Of a stretch of DNA of 64,000 nucleotides, positions 1-10,087 are shown piece after piece. The notes beneath the pieces were generated by a model that saw only the letters and a list, made by a program, of their open reading frames with translations, did not search any database and was not told the origin of the DNA. Every line of letters starts with the position of its first letter. The stretch's first letter is position 1. The stretch comes from Phoronis australis. Its lineage: Eukaryota; Animalia; Phoronida. The translations under genes were made by a program, and so were the position numbers. The stretch covers positions 107,523 to 171,522 of the forward strand of contig NMRA01000425.1 in the NCBI GenBank assembly GCA_002633005.1, given 5' to 3'.

Positions 1-1245
1 TTCTACTCCATAACGACAAGTGCGGTTGCGTTACCTGACACCTGACGGCAGACGGAGGTGTTGAAATTATCCAATTACGTCATCGGTTTCACACGCATTC
101 TGTACAGCAGTTTACAACAGGGGTTACTGGTGTCAGCTTATCGCTTGGAATCATCGTTTAGCACCAATAAATCATCAAACTTCGATGTAAAACCCTTAAA
201 ATACACCGAGTTCTTACAAAAACGTGTTGTTTTATTTCGCTCTTACGGATTTATTGGTATTTGGACACACCGTAGCCTACAAAGTTCGGCAGGCCAATAA
301 CAGGTAAGTACCAGGAGTTTGGGGTGTGTTCGGAGATAATCTCGAAGTATTTTCCGTGAGATACAGACAGGAGAACCTAGATCTGTGTTGTTTAGACTTG
401 TGATTTTCTGAGTTTTAAACACAAAACGCTTGTTATCCGGCCAGTGGCTCAGAAACTGATCAGACATCACGAACAAACCAGCCAAAGTTCAGTGCTGGGA
501 AATGGTCCTAGGTTCAGTGGAAACTAAACTTCCAGTCAAGAAAATACTATACTAGTGAGCCAAAGTAATGTGCACGTGATTATGTTGGTGAATTAGCCAC
601 GAAACTGCAAATCTACTTGCTCGCCGGGGGGCCGCGAATTCAGTTCCGCTTTGGCCACAGCACCGACAGGGCAGAAGTTGTTTGAGTAATGTAAATGTAA
701 ATAAAGATTCCCCTAACACCTGGTCGTGGGGTGGAAATCGAGTTGTTTCACAACAGTTTCTGCCAGCAAACACTAAATTAGCATGAGCTCACACGGCCTT
801 GCGGTGTCCCTTCAATTAGTTTTTTTTTTGCACCTAAAGCCGGTAACGCAGTGATTTATTCATTGCTAGCTTCTCGAGGATGCTTAGTTCGGACAAGAGG
901 GAACGATACACCGCAACATAGCGGCATTCACTCTGCATATGAACCACTGACGTCGCTAGCGTCGTTTCTCACCTTCCTCACAGGTTAGCGCGACACCTCT
1001 TGGCAAGGTAAGGTGGACCCTGTGCGAGACGATAAGCTTTAAAGCAGCGAAAGAGCTCTCAAAAAGTAATGTGGCGTGAATGTCTTAAAATCGACCAAGA
1101 AACAAAACAGCTGAAAATATGATTGTTTTCTGCTATTTTGATATACTTGCTAGCATAGTATGGTATTGTGTAGGCATTTCAAATGTCGAATTGACGATGA
1201 TCTCAAATATCCCTACTTCGTATTCTTTTAAAGGATACTAAATCC

Positions 1246-1910
1246 TGTGATAATTGAACCAATTCTCGTTCTGTCACCTGCTAATGCATCACTGGCGTCA
1301 ATCTCCCAAGTTAAAAGAATTCCAAATCAGATTTTGTCCTGGTAACAGATACTAAAAAAACGAGTTTACCATTCAGCTCTCTGAAACAAAATATTGTTCT
1401 GTAACGGCTTCACAACCTCTAACATTTTGAGGAAAAATAGAAAATTCCTTACAAATTCTGCTATAGGGGCAAGCATGACCTACACTGTTGGCGAGTTTGC
1501 GGCAACTGTGAGAAAAGACCACCCACCAAGGACCATAATGTCCATTTCGTGAGATAGTGGGTATGAATTCTTAGTTGGTTCCTGCTTTATCTTACAAGAT
1601 TGACGCCAATGATGCATCAGCAAGTGCGAGAACGAGGATTGAATGAAATCATCAAAATAGGGCTGAAAGTTCTTCTTACGAAAGGAATCAATTGAAAATT
1701 CATAAACCCCATGTCACACTTTGGACAATATGGTCCTTGGTGGGTGGATTTTTCCGACAGTTGCCGTGTAATTCGCAAAAAGCGTCACGCTTGCCCGTTC
1801 AGCCAACTTTGAAAGGAGTTTTCTCAGCAAACTTTTGAGCGTTGTTTTGTTTCAGAGAACTGGATGGGAAAGTCAAAAGCCAAATCTGGGTTTGATATCT
1901 TTTTAAAAAT
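1246..1910. mobile_element. Interspersed ~360-bp repeat family: a plus copy interrupted by a minus copy (~1310-1655)
   Basis: 1310-1655 is the reverse complement of 16722-17085. The flanks 1246-1310 and ~1700-1910 match the 5' and 3' parts of the same unit in plus orientation. Confidence 0.65.
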
Positions 1911-4307
1911 GCAAGAACTTCGTCCGAGTACGTATTTAAGCACGCTTGATTTGAAAGTATGGCCAAAGGTAACGCGAGAACGTTCTCTTTCTGGACCACA
2001 TTACTTGTCCGAGTTTGACTCCCATTCTTTACGAGCAACCGTCACGGCATCCTTATTTCCGTCTCATCTCAAGAACAAAGAGGTAAGAGTTATCGTTGTG
2101 TATACAGATTACCCGCCCCCCCTAATTAGGCTGGGTCGAGGACCTTACTGAAAACTATGACCGGTCGACCTTTGCAAAATATCAACGGTCCACCGTTCCA
2201 GAAATTCGAACCACTCCTTGCGCAATGCTAGCTACGGGTCTGTTCTTTGTTTCTTTGCGATTAGATAAATTCTTGAAAGTTGCCACGTGTTCACTTGCAA
2301 GATAGAGTTGTCGGCATGCACACGTGTATGTGGAGGCGTGTAAAGACAAGCCTATGAGAGGAGTAGCCACTCTTCTTTGCATAAAAACATGACGACGTCT
2401 TTACCTTCTCCAAGTAAATTATTTTGAGATGAGGAGAACCGGTAAAACAAAGATACCTCGAAATTTTGGTAGAGAGACTTCTTTATTTGGTTGTAATCAA
2501 ACCAGCTGACGGCGTGCAGTTTATTTCATGTCTTTACAGTCCCGTTAAAACTTTATTTACTTTAAGTGAAATATGGCAGCCAAAAGAACGCCTCTAGTAG
2601 TTTATGACAAAATCGTTTGTGAAGTTGTCTAGAAGTGACAACACCAACAACCATATAGCCTTTGATTTCCCCGAAAGGTAGTTAAAATGTAAAAGTATTC
2701 AAAATTGTTTTAACCCAGATAGTTGATCTGAGTAAAGATGCAAAATTGAGAGACACCCCTTGATGTTCCTGGAATATCACGGAATGGGTGGAAAATGTTC
2801 AGCATAAACTGAATATTTGTATTTTACTGTTAGGCAGGTCCACAGTTTCAGTACCCGGAGATGACTGACTTCTTTTTAAGAGTATGTTTCAGCACCTGTG
2901 CTACTTTTCCAACCATAGAATTGCTATTTGAGAAAATGCCCCTTTCCAGAGATTGTCTGCAAAGATGGTTTGATATTTGGTGAATGTCGATTCCCATACT
3001 CCAGCAGGTTTGACGTCGGCAATATTTACCAAATGATATCACGGTTGTACGTCACGAGAAACAACACACGAAGATCTTGATAACCGACTTAGAAACTAGA
3101 TCGATACGTGATATCTTGCATGAATCGCTGGCGGATGTAGGGGAGGTTATTGCATACAGCACCGGTTATTTCACATGAATTGCATCAAAACATATATGTA
3201 AACGACTCAGTGTGCATTTATAGGCTTAAATTGCTAAGCATCTCATTTTAAACGTTGTGAAAAAGGGTACAAGAAAATCGCTATGCATGGTACCATCCGC
3301 GTAACGCAAGATATGGACAGTATATTTTCTTTAACACAAATGCTACTGAACACAACAAGACTTCTACTAAGGACATGGTCAGGTGGCCCGATTGATGGCA
3401 GATTGGTAAAAAACCAAAATCAAATCCTATCAGTTGCATGCTTTAAGTTACTACGCAATTTTACTAAGCAATTACTTAAAAACACGCACTTTTACTTAGT
3501 ATATGTATGGCTATGTAGGCAGACTTATGAATAAGGCTCTACATGTCCTTTAAAACGCCTTTCTTGCTATTGTAATGCTGGCCAATTTTTACTCATTTTT
3601 GATAGTGTGTACTATTGGCTTACGGAAAAAGGCAAACCTCTTCAATTCCACCTTTAGGATAAGACAGAGATGTGTGATCAATATTTTTTTCTTGATAAAT
3701 CCAATTTTGAAAGAACTAAAAGCAAGGAAAGTGAAATCTTGTTTTCAATGAATATGCTCGAGGTATGAATTCATATTGATATAGAATTGATAATTGTACT
3801 GAAATGTCATCAGTCTACTATGACTGGTAGAATCTTCATTTCAACTACTGTGAATCTTGAGGAATGAGTGTAAATTTTGAAAATACTAAGGCATGGTGTT
3901 TTGTTCAGTACTTTTAGGATTAAAAGGTATGTAGGGACCTAGAAACGTGTCCTCTTTGACATTATTCGTTCGGTCTCGGTCGATACGAGGAACAATGTCT
4001 CGTGGGATATTACTTCATGTACGCCAGGTTTTTTGTAGATATGCAAACTTTCGTGAATAGTGAAACTTCCACGTGTACAAATGTATAAGTACAATATATT
4101 TGCGTTTTCGTCAGCACGCATAAGCCTAACTGTCGTCACTGTTATGGTGTAAATATAAAATATTCTCAAAGATAAAATCTCTAATAGTTACCTACAAAAG
4201 TAATGCTCGGGCACAAAAGTTCTTCACCCTTTGTATTATAAAAACTGCTCTTAAAGAGATTAGATGGGCGAGTTAGTTTACTTTTCTACTGCAAAGAGCT
4301 GTCTTTT

Positions 4308-7300
4308 TTAATAAACTGCTTGGATTTTCCTTCTTCTCCTGTCTTTCTTTTTGGTTGTGTTTTTCTTTGCCCCCGCGAACAGTAAATCGTCATCTTCTTC
4401 GCTGCCTCTGTTTTTTCGTCCAATGATTTTCGCCGGCGCCATGTACTGATGGCGTACATCTTCCTGCTGTCTGACACTGTCACTTATTGGCGATCTCTTC
4501 TTCCCTACGCATGTCATAACACAGGAGGAACTGACCTTTTCTTCATTGTACAAGTAGACTGTGTTGTCCTCTTCACTCGATGACCCTACTTCGAAGTTGT
4601 TCATAGTCCAGGCCTGCGCTAATGTCTGTGATACGGGCTGGTGGCCAAATTCGTTGAGATTATTCAAAGTATTCTTTCGCGTCTTCACTTTCTGTTTGCG
4701 TTCCTCCTTTTGCTGTCTCGGACCTCTTTTGGCCTTGACGCCGCAGCTGATGGCGTCATCAAGGCGAATATCAGTATTCACTGCCATTTTTGTGATTCGT
4801 TTCTCGTCTATTATCTCGCTATCGATGCCTCGCTTGAACAGAGCGTCATTCATTGTTTGCTTTTCGGGTACTTTAACTCGCTGAACTGTCACCTCTTTTG
4901 CGTGAGCGAACTCACGGGCCATCTCCTGTACAGCGTTCTTTCTACACGTTTTACTCTTTTTTGGAGTTTGTTTGCTCAAACTTTGAGTTGCACTGACGCC
5001 AGAGACTTCTAACGTCTGACCATCGCTTATTGAAGGTTGGGATGGAGATTTTTCAGTGCCACTGGGGTGGGCGCTTGTTGACCACTGAATTTTTTGGCAT
5101 GGGCTAGAGGAGTTTTTGCATTCTGTGAGCGTATTGTCCAGAAATTGAATGGTTTCCGTGAGTTCATCCTGAATTGACATTTTGCCGTCTTGTTTCATTG
5201 TTGGTGATTTGCATTTGGCGGTTTTTGATTCATCTGATTTCTGTCCCTGTGTTCTCTTCGTGTGCGGAAGTTTATTCTTTTGTGTTTCTGACGTCGGTGT
5301 CACTCGACATGTTGTGACTTGTTTTCCCTCTGTTTTTGCCACTGATCTTAATCCACCGCCGAGGTCTTGCTTTTGGGGTGTTTCTTCAGATTTGTCATCT
5401 TTTTGATCGTTAGTGGTTTGTTTGAATTTTCCACATGGTGTTTTTGGCGTTGCCTTTTCGTTGCCCTTTCCAGTATTAGCGAGTGCAGCTGACAGTTTAT
5501 GGGTTTCCAACATCTGCACAAACTTTCTCTCTAAACCTGCTTTCTCATACAGCGATGTTTTGCACCCGCGAAATTGTTTCACACATGCCACGCGACTCTT
5601 AACGGCGCTGAACCTCCCTTGTAGCTCCTCAAGGACGACAGGTCTGATGAGACTGCTAGGCATTATCTGGTAGAGGTCATCCTTACACTGTAGCGATGTA
5701 CACGGTAGGTACTTGTCGGTTGGCACTTGATATTCTAAGTACGTCGCCGTGTTACCGTAACAATCACTCTCATGAGTTAGTAGTCGAGCCTCTCGCAGTT
5801 TGTCCACGACAGTTGCGGTAAGCGCATTGCGACTAGTTCTCTCCCGTGTCGTAGCTGAACTCGATTTCTTGGGAGTAAGATGGCCACCTGCTCTCGGCAC
5901 CTGTTTCTTCATCTTTTGTTTTTGCTGGCACCATTGCTTAGAGCTGTTTGTCAGGTTAAGGGCTTGAATTGCCTCGCCTTGGTCTAAGAATATAAGAGGC
6001 TCCAGCTGGCGGAACGAATTGTTGTTAGTTTTAACATTAAGATCAATGAGTGACGAGGTCGACTTGCATGAGCGAAGTGTGTCAAACGATCTAAAAATTT
6101 CGCTTTTACTAAGGCTATCCAAACCGGTTGATGAATCCATCTGTTGATTTAGTATTGTCCATATGGCCTTCACATCACTCTTCTTTATGTCGGCATTATT
6201 CAACGACGCCACCATGGTTTCCATGGCCGTTGCTGGGGCAGCGTGTCGTTCTTCCGTAACCCGTCTTCGGTATCCGATGATATCGGCCATGTTTCGTCTT
6301 GCGGCAGTGTGCACTTGGTACGTCTCGCAGTTCTTCACAAGTTTTGGTTCAATCAGGGAGCCGACAATGTTGATACTGTCATTTTGCCATGCGCCCTCCC
6401 ATGTGTGCGCGCCTTGCGCCTTAGGCGTCACAATGGACACTCGATCTGGTTCTTTCACTGACTCCATAACCTTCGAATCATCCAAGTCTGTTTTGTTTCC
6501 GTCTCCTTCTCTGAGACATCTTAAGACTCCAATTGAGTAAGCTCCTTTCGCATGTTGCTCAGTCACTGATGAGATTGACTTCGATCGAGCATGCTTCGGA
6601 TCGGTCAGCCTTTCCGCTGATATATGGGTTGCTGACTTAGTCCGTGGCTTACACTTTGGCTTACCCGTTGACTGGCATTGATTTGTAGTAGTTGCCTTTG
6701 CATCAGTTTCTCTTTTTTCGAGACTTGACCCGTAAGTACTGGGAATCGTAGATGCTGTTGCTGTTTGCGTAGCTGAGTAGGAAAGGTTCTTTGACGATTC
6801 CGTTATCCCTCCAGATTTCAAGGTCAACTGATCTGCATCTTGCTTAATCGCGCCCGCACGAGGTGGCCCACACGTTGCAATATGTGTTGATTCTTTGTTA
6901 GCTGCACCCTTCACTTTTTTCGACGGTTCACTTAGTGCCTCGCATGGAGCTCGCTTTATAAACTCCCTATTTATTTTTTGCGGAGGCTCTGTATTGAGTG
7001 TGTCTGTACACGTGTCTACAGTTGTGTTTGATGGCGGTTGGCGAGTCTTCTTCTCAGTCCCATAGCACTGCAGCATTTCAGGCAGTCTTTCAGGTTGACA
7101 CTTTTGAATTAATGGGTGTTCTGGCTGTTGGTCATTTGAGTAACGACTCTTTCTACCAGTTGTAACAGAGGTTGTTGGTCGAGGTGTTGACATTGCACTA
7201 TCGGCATTCTGACGAAATGGGTTCAGGCTCCTCCCATTTTGGTCACGTGTTCTTAACAATCTGCTCTCGTTGATTATCACCATTCTGGCTGATGAGAGGC

Positions 7301-7955
7301 GTGATTGTTCACTTCCGTTGGGTGTTGGCAATATTTTGACATCCTTGTCATCAGCTAGGTGTCGTTGTTTTGCTTGGAGATCTTGCGATGTGCTTGGCAA
7401 ATTAAAAATTTGTGACGTTGTTGTTTTTTTACTTGGCCTCTCATGTGTGTACGGTACCGAAGTTCTGCTTGTTTTCCTAATCCGCATGGCTGTGGTCGTA
7501 GGAGAATGGCAAGCTGCCCTGCAATTGATGACAAAGTGTTTGCTGCATACGGGAATTAGAAGTTCACGTGACGAGATCTTGCTAAAGCTTTCTTCGTCGT
7601 TATCATTTGTGCAATCGCCATGGGTATTTACCGAATGTTGGTTTTGCTTATAAGCCTCACGTTGCTCATTATTAAACTTTGCCTCCACATTTGACTGGGA
7701 CGTGTATTCTCCCATGGTGTTCGCATAGAATCCGGAACAAGTTAATTTACTTGTAGTCAGCGACACCACAGCATCTTTATCCACGGATTTGTCCTGAAGG
7801 GTGGCTTCTGCCTGGCACAGCAAGCTTCCGTTGAGCTGACACAGCTGGCTCAACCACTCAAACAGCACAGTCTCTAAGCCACGGTCTACTGTATGTAGCT
7901 GGACAGTCGTGATTAGCTGTTTATCGCAGTGTCTGTTGATTTCCGTTCTATCCAT
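4308..7955 (-). CDS. Uncharacterised Ser/Thr/Lys/Gln-rich, probably largely disordered protein (~1215 aa), single coding exon
   Basis: Stop-free 3.7-kb ORF (track 4308..8042). The preferred start is ATG 7955 (AAGATGG, strong Kozak, MDRTEINRH), because a GT-AG intron lies at 8169-8012 (donor GTAG|GTAAGA, acceptor TTCTATTTCAG). The ORF-track ATG at 8042 falls inside that intron. Basic NLS-like C-terminus (KKKDRRRRK). No recognisable domain. Confidence 0.75.
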   Translation of the reverse strand: MDRTEINRHCDKQLITTVQLHTVDRGLETVLFEWLSQLCQLNGSLLCQAEATLQDKSVDKDAVVSLTTSKLTCSGFYANTMGEYTSQSNVEAKFNNEQREAYKQNQHSVNTHGDCTNDNDEESFSKISSRELLIPVCSKHFVINCRAACHSPTTTAMRIRKTSRTSVPYTHERPSKKTTTSQIFNLPSTSQDLQAKQRHLADDKDVKILPTPNGSEQSRLSSARMVIINESRLLRTRDQNGRSLNPFRQNADSAMSTPRPTTSVTTGRKSRYSNDQQPEHPLIQKCQPERLPEMLQCYGTEKKTRQPPSNTTVDTCTDTLNTEPPQKINREFIKRAPCEALSEPSKKVKGAANKESTHIATCGPPRAGAIKQDADQLTLKSGGITESSKNLSYSATQTATASTIPSTYGSSLEKRETDAKATTTNQCQSTGKPKCKPRTKSATHISAERLTDPKHARSKSISSVTEQHAKGAYSIGVLRCLREGDGNKTDLDDSKVMESVKEPDRVSIVTPKAQGAHTWEGAWQNDSINIVGSLIEPKLVKNCETYQVHTAARRNMADIIGYRRRVTEERHAAPATAMETMVASLNNADIKKSDVKAIWTILNQQMDSSTGLDSLSKSEIFRSFDTLRSCKSTSSLIDLNVKTNNNSFRQLEPLIFLDQGEAIQALNLTNSSKQWCQQKQKMKKQVPRAGGHLTPKKSSSATTRERTSRNALTATVVDKLREARLLTHESDCYGNTATYLEYQVPTDKYLPCTSLQCKDDLYQIMPSSLIRPVVLEELQGRFSAVKSRVACVKQFRGCKTSLYEKAGLERKFVQMLETHKLSAALANTGKGNEKATPKTPCGKFKQTTNDQKDDKSEETPQKQDLGGGLRSVAKTEGKQVTTCRVTPTSETQKNKLPHTKRTQGQKSDESKTAKCKSPTMKQDGKMSIQDELTETIQFLDNTLTECKNSSSPCQKIQWSTSAHPSGTEKSPSQPSISDGQTLEVSGVSATQSLSKQTPKKSKTCRKNAVQEMAREFAHAKEVTVQRVKVPEKQTMNDALFKRGIDSEIIDEKRITKMAVNTDIRLDDAISCGVKAKRGPRQQKEERKQKVKTRKNTLNNLNEFGHQPVSQTLAQAWTMNNFEVGSSSEEDNTVYLYNEEKVSSSCVMTCVGKKRSPISDSVRQQEDVRHQYMAPAKIIGRKNRGSEEDDDLLFAGAKKNTTKKKDRRRRKIQAVY

Positions 7956-8704
7956 CTTAAGCAACCGCCGATTTGCTCCCAGCTTTCTCAGAAACTCGGT
8001 GAGCGTGGGACCTGAAATAGAACGCAGACACAGGAACTTCATTCGGCTCTCTCCGTGGTCTCAGAATTTCACAACTACATCTTTTCGGTTCTGGAAAAAT
8101 TTTGCTAATGCCTTAAACTTGTCAGTTTTTATTGCGGTCTCGATGTGTCTGACGGGCTCATTGTCTTACCTACATGTAATCCAGACACATTATTCAACAA
8201 ATACCTGGATGTCTCACTTGTGTACGTACTGTCCGAACATCAATTCACAATTTGAGCTTCTAGTTTGCTCAGTTATGCCCTTTGGACCATTGTGTGTTGT
8301 TTCATATTTTTTTTTCAAAATTTAATACTTTGTCAGCTATTCAAATTGGGATGTAACTTGTTATAAGTAGACTTCGTTCACTTCATTTCATTAAAGAACG
8401 AAACTATTGGAAAAACTTGCACACTATGAATGAAATTAGGCGATGACGAAAGCTGGCTGTTGATCGGAAAATCATTATTCTTGATCGAGTTAGTAGGGTT
8501 TTACAAATGATCGCTGCAACGCTAGTTTACGTCTTAGTGGGTAAATGATTATCAAACGTGCTACGTCTTAGAACTTTCTTATTGATTTGGGGTTTGGTCA
8601 GCGCAAGTTTTTCAGCCAAGGGTTTGTTTTATGAAAAGTGACCGAAGACTTGGACAGAAATTTAGTTTCATGCTCCCACTTCGCAACTGCTGAAAAATTG
8701 TTTA

Positions 8705-8795
8705 GTTAAGTAAGCATGAGCTGATCACAGTCGAAGTTAAGTAAGCATGAGCTGATCACAGTCGAAGTTAAGTAAGCATGAGCAGATCACAGTCG
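8705..8795. repeat. 31-bp tandem repeat, 3 copies (GTTAAGTAAGCATGAGCTGATCACAGTCGAA)
   Basis: Units start at 8705, 8736 and 8767; only 2 copies in the duplicate at ~10853-10912. Confidence 0.9.
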
Positions 8796-9013
8796 GGAAA
8801 TAATTTACAGAAGTTATCTCAGTAACTAGCAGTTGTGTGTACATCCGATACTTTCAATTTTTGCTCAAGCGGGATTCAATTATTTTTCAGAAGTAGTTGT
8901 GTGGCGCGTAAGACCAAATCTCTGACTTCGGTCTTGACTCGCTTTTCAAGAAGCAGGTCCGCGGTTGTTTTTAACAGCTGTATGATACCGAACGCTACAG
9001 TAAACATCAGAAT

Positions 9014-9120
9014 AGAGTTCAGTAACGCTAGGATCTCGCTAAAAAAACAAGACTTCGCCGTGTATTTTAAATGAGAACACGTGATTTTGATTAGAATTAG
9101 GTCCTTGTGTTATTGAACTC
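9014..9120. mobile_element. ~105-bp TA-flanked MITE (GAGTTCAGTAACGCTAGGA...GTCCTTGTGTTATTGAACTC)
   Basis: Terminal inverted repeats of ~20 bp. Related copies at ~11141-11245, ~26105-26245 and a cluster at ~47550-47850. Confidence 0.7.
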
Positions 9121-9168
9121 TACAGCTATCCAAACTGTGTTGTATATTTGCGTAGCTGCATCGGTTAA

Positions 9169-9492
9169 AGGCGAAGGCAATCATTTCCATGTCATTTTGA
9201 GCTAAAATAAGGTTGGTTGGTTATCCTAGACATATTTTCCACTTAATTACAGCTTTTCGTAATTTTATTAATTACTCGTCCGCTACTCCGGAAGTGACGT
9301 TTTAGGAGGCAAGCATTTCACGCCAATTTCTTTTCATATAGTCTGACTGTGAGAGCTGCCGAGTCAGTCATTTTTCTACCTCGGTTGTGTTAAGTTCCGT
9401 CGTCGTTTGCTTTCATTTACTAGTCAGTCAACATGCCACACTGTTGCTGCGTACCAGGATGTACTAACTATCGGCTCACGCGCGCTTTGGGA
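9169..9492. mobile_element. One arm of a Kolobok-type non-autonomous DNA transposon inserted at TTAA; cut off by the contig join
   Basis: Begins TTAA|AGGCGAAGG and is homologous to the ~300-bp TIRs of 15764-16667. It is absent at the equivalent TTAA (11289-11292) in the duplicate. Confidence 0.75.
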
Positions 9493-9494
9493 NC

Positions 9495-10087
9495 CGTTGT
9501 TTTGCTTGGAGATCTTGCGATGTGCTTGGCAAATTAAAAATTTGTGACGTTGTTGTTTTTGTACTTGGCCTCTCATGTGTGTACGGTACCGAAGTTCTGC
9601 TTGTTTTCCTAATCCGCATGGCTGTGGTCGTAAGAGAATGGCAAGCTGCCCTGCAATTGATGACAAAGTGTTTGCTGCATACGGGAATTAGAAGTTCACG
9701 TGACGAGATCTTGTTAAAGCTTTCTTCGTCGTTATCATTTGTGCAATCGCCATGGGTATTTACCGAATGTTGGTTTTGCTTATAAGCCTCACGTTGCTCA
9801 TTACTAAACTTTGCCTCCACATTTGACTGGGACCTGTATTCTCCCATGGTGTTCGCATAGAATCCGGAACAAGTTAATTTACTTGTAGTCAGCGACACCA
9901 CAGCATCTTTATCCACGGATTTCTCCTGAAGGAGGGCTTCTGTCTGGCACAGCAAGCTGCCGTTGAGCTGACACAGCTGGCTCAACCACTCAAACAGCAC
10001 AGTCTCTAAGCCACGGTCTACTGTATGTAGCTGGACAGTCGTGATTAGCTGTTTATCGCAGTGTCTGTTGATTTCCGTTCTATCCAT
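9495..10087 (-). pseudogene. Second, truncated copy of the 5' end of the 1215-aa gene; probably the other haplotype rather than a true paralog
   Basis: ORF 9476..10096 is nearly identical to the N-terminus of 4308..8042 (MDRTEINRHCDKQ...) and breaks at the N at 9493. Confidence 0.6.

Noticed and set aside
4561-7653. Multiple plus-strand ORFs opposite the 1244-aa ORF
   Set aside because: Antisense shadows of a long coding frame with no independent motifs.
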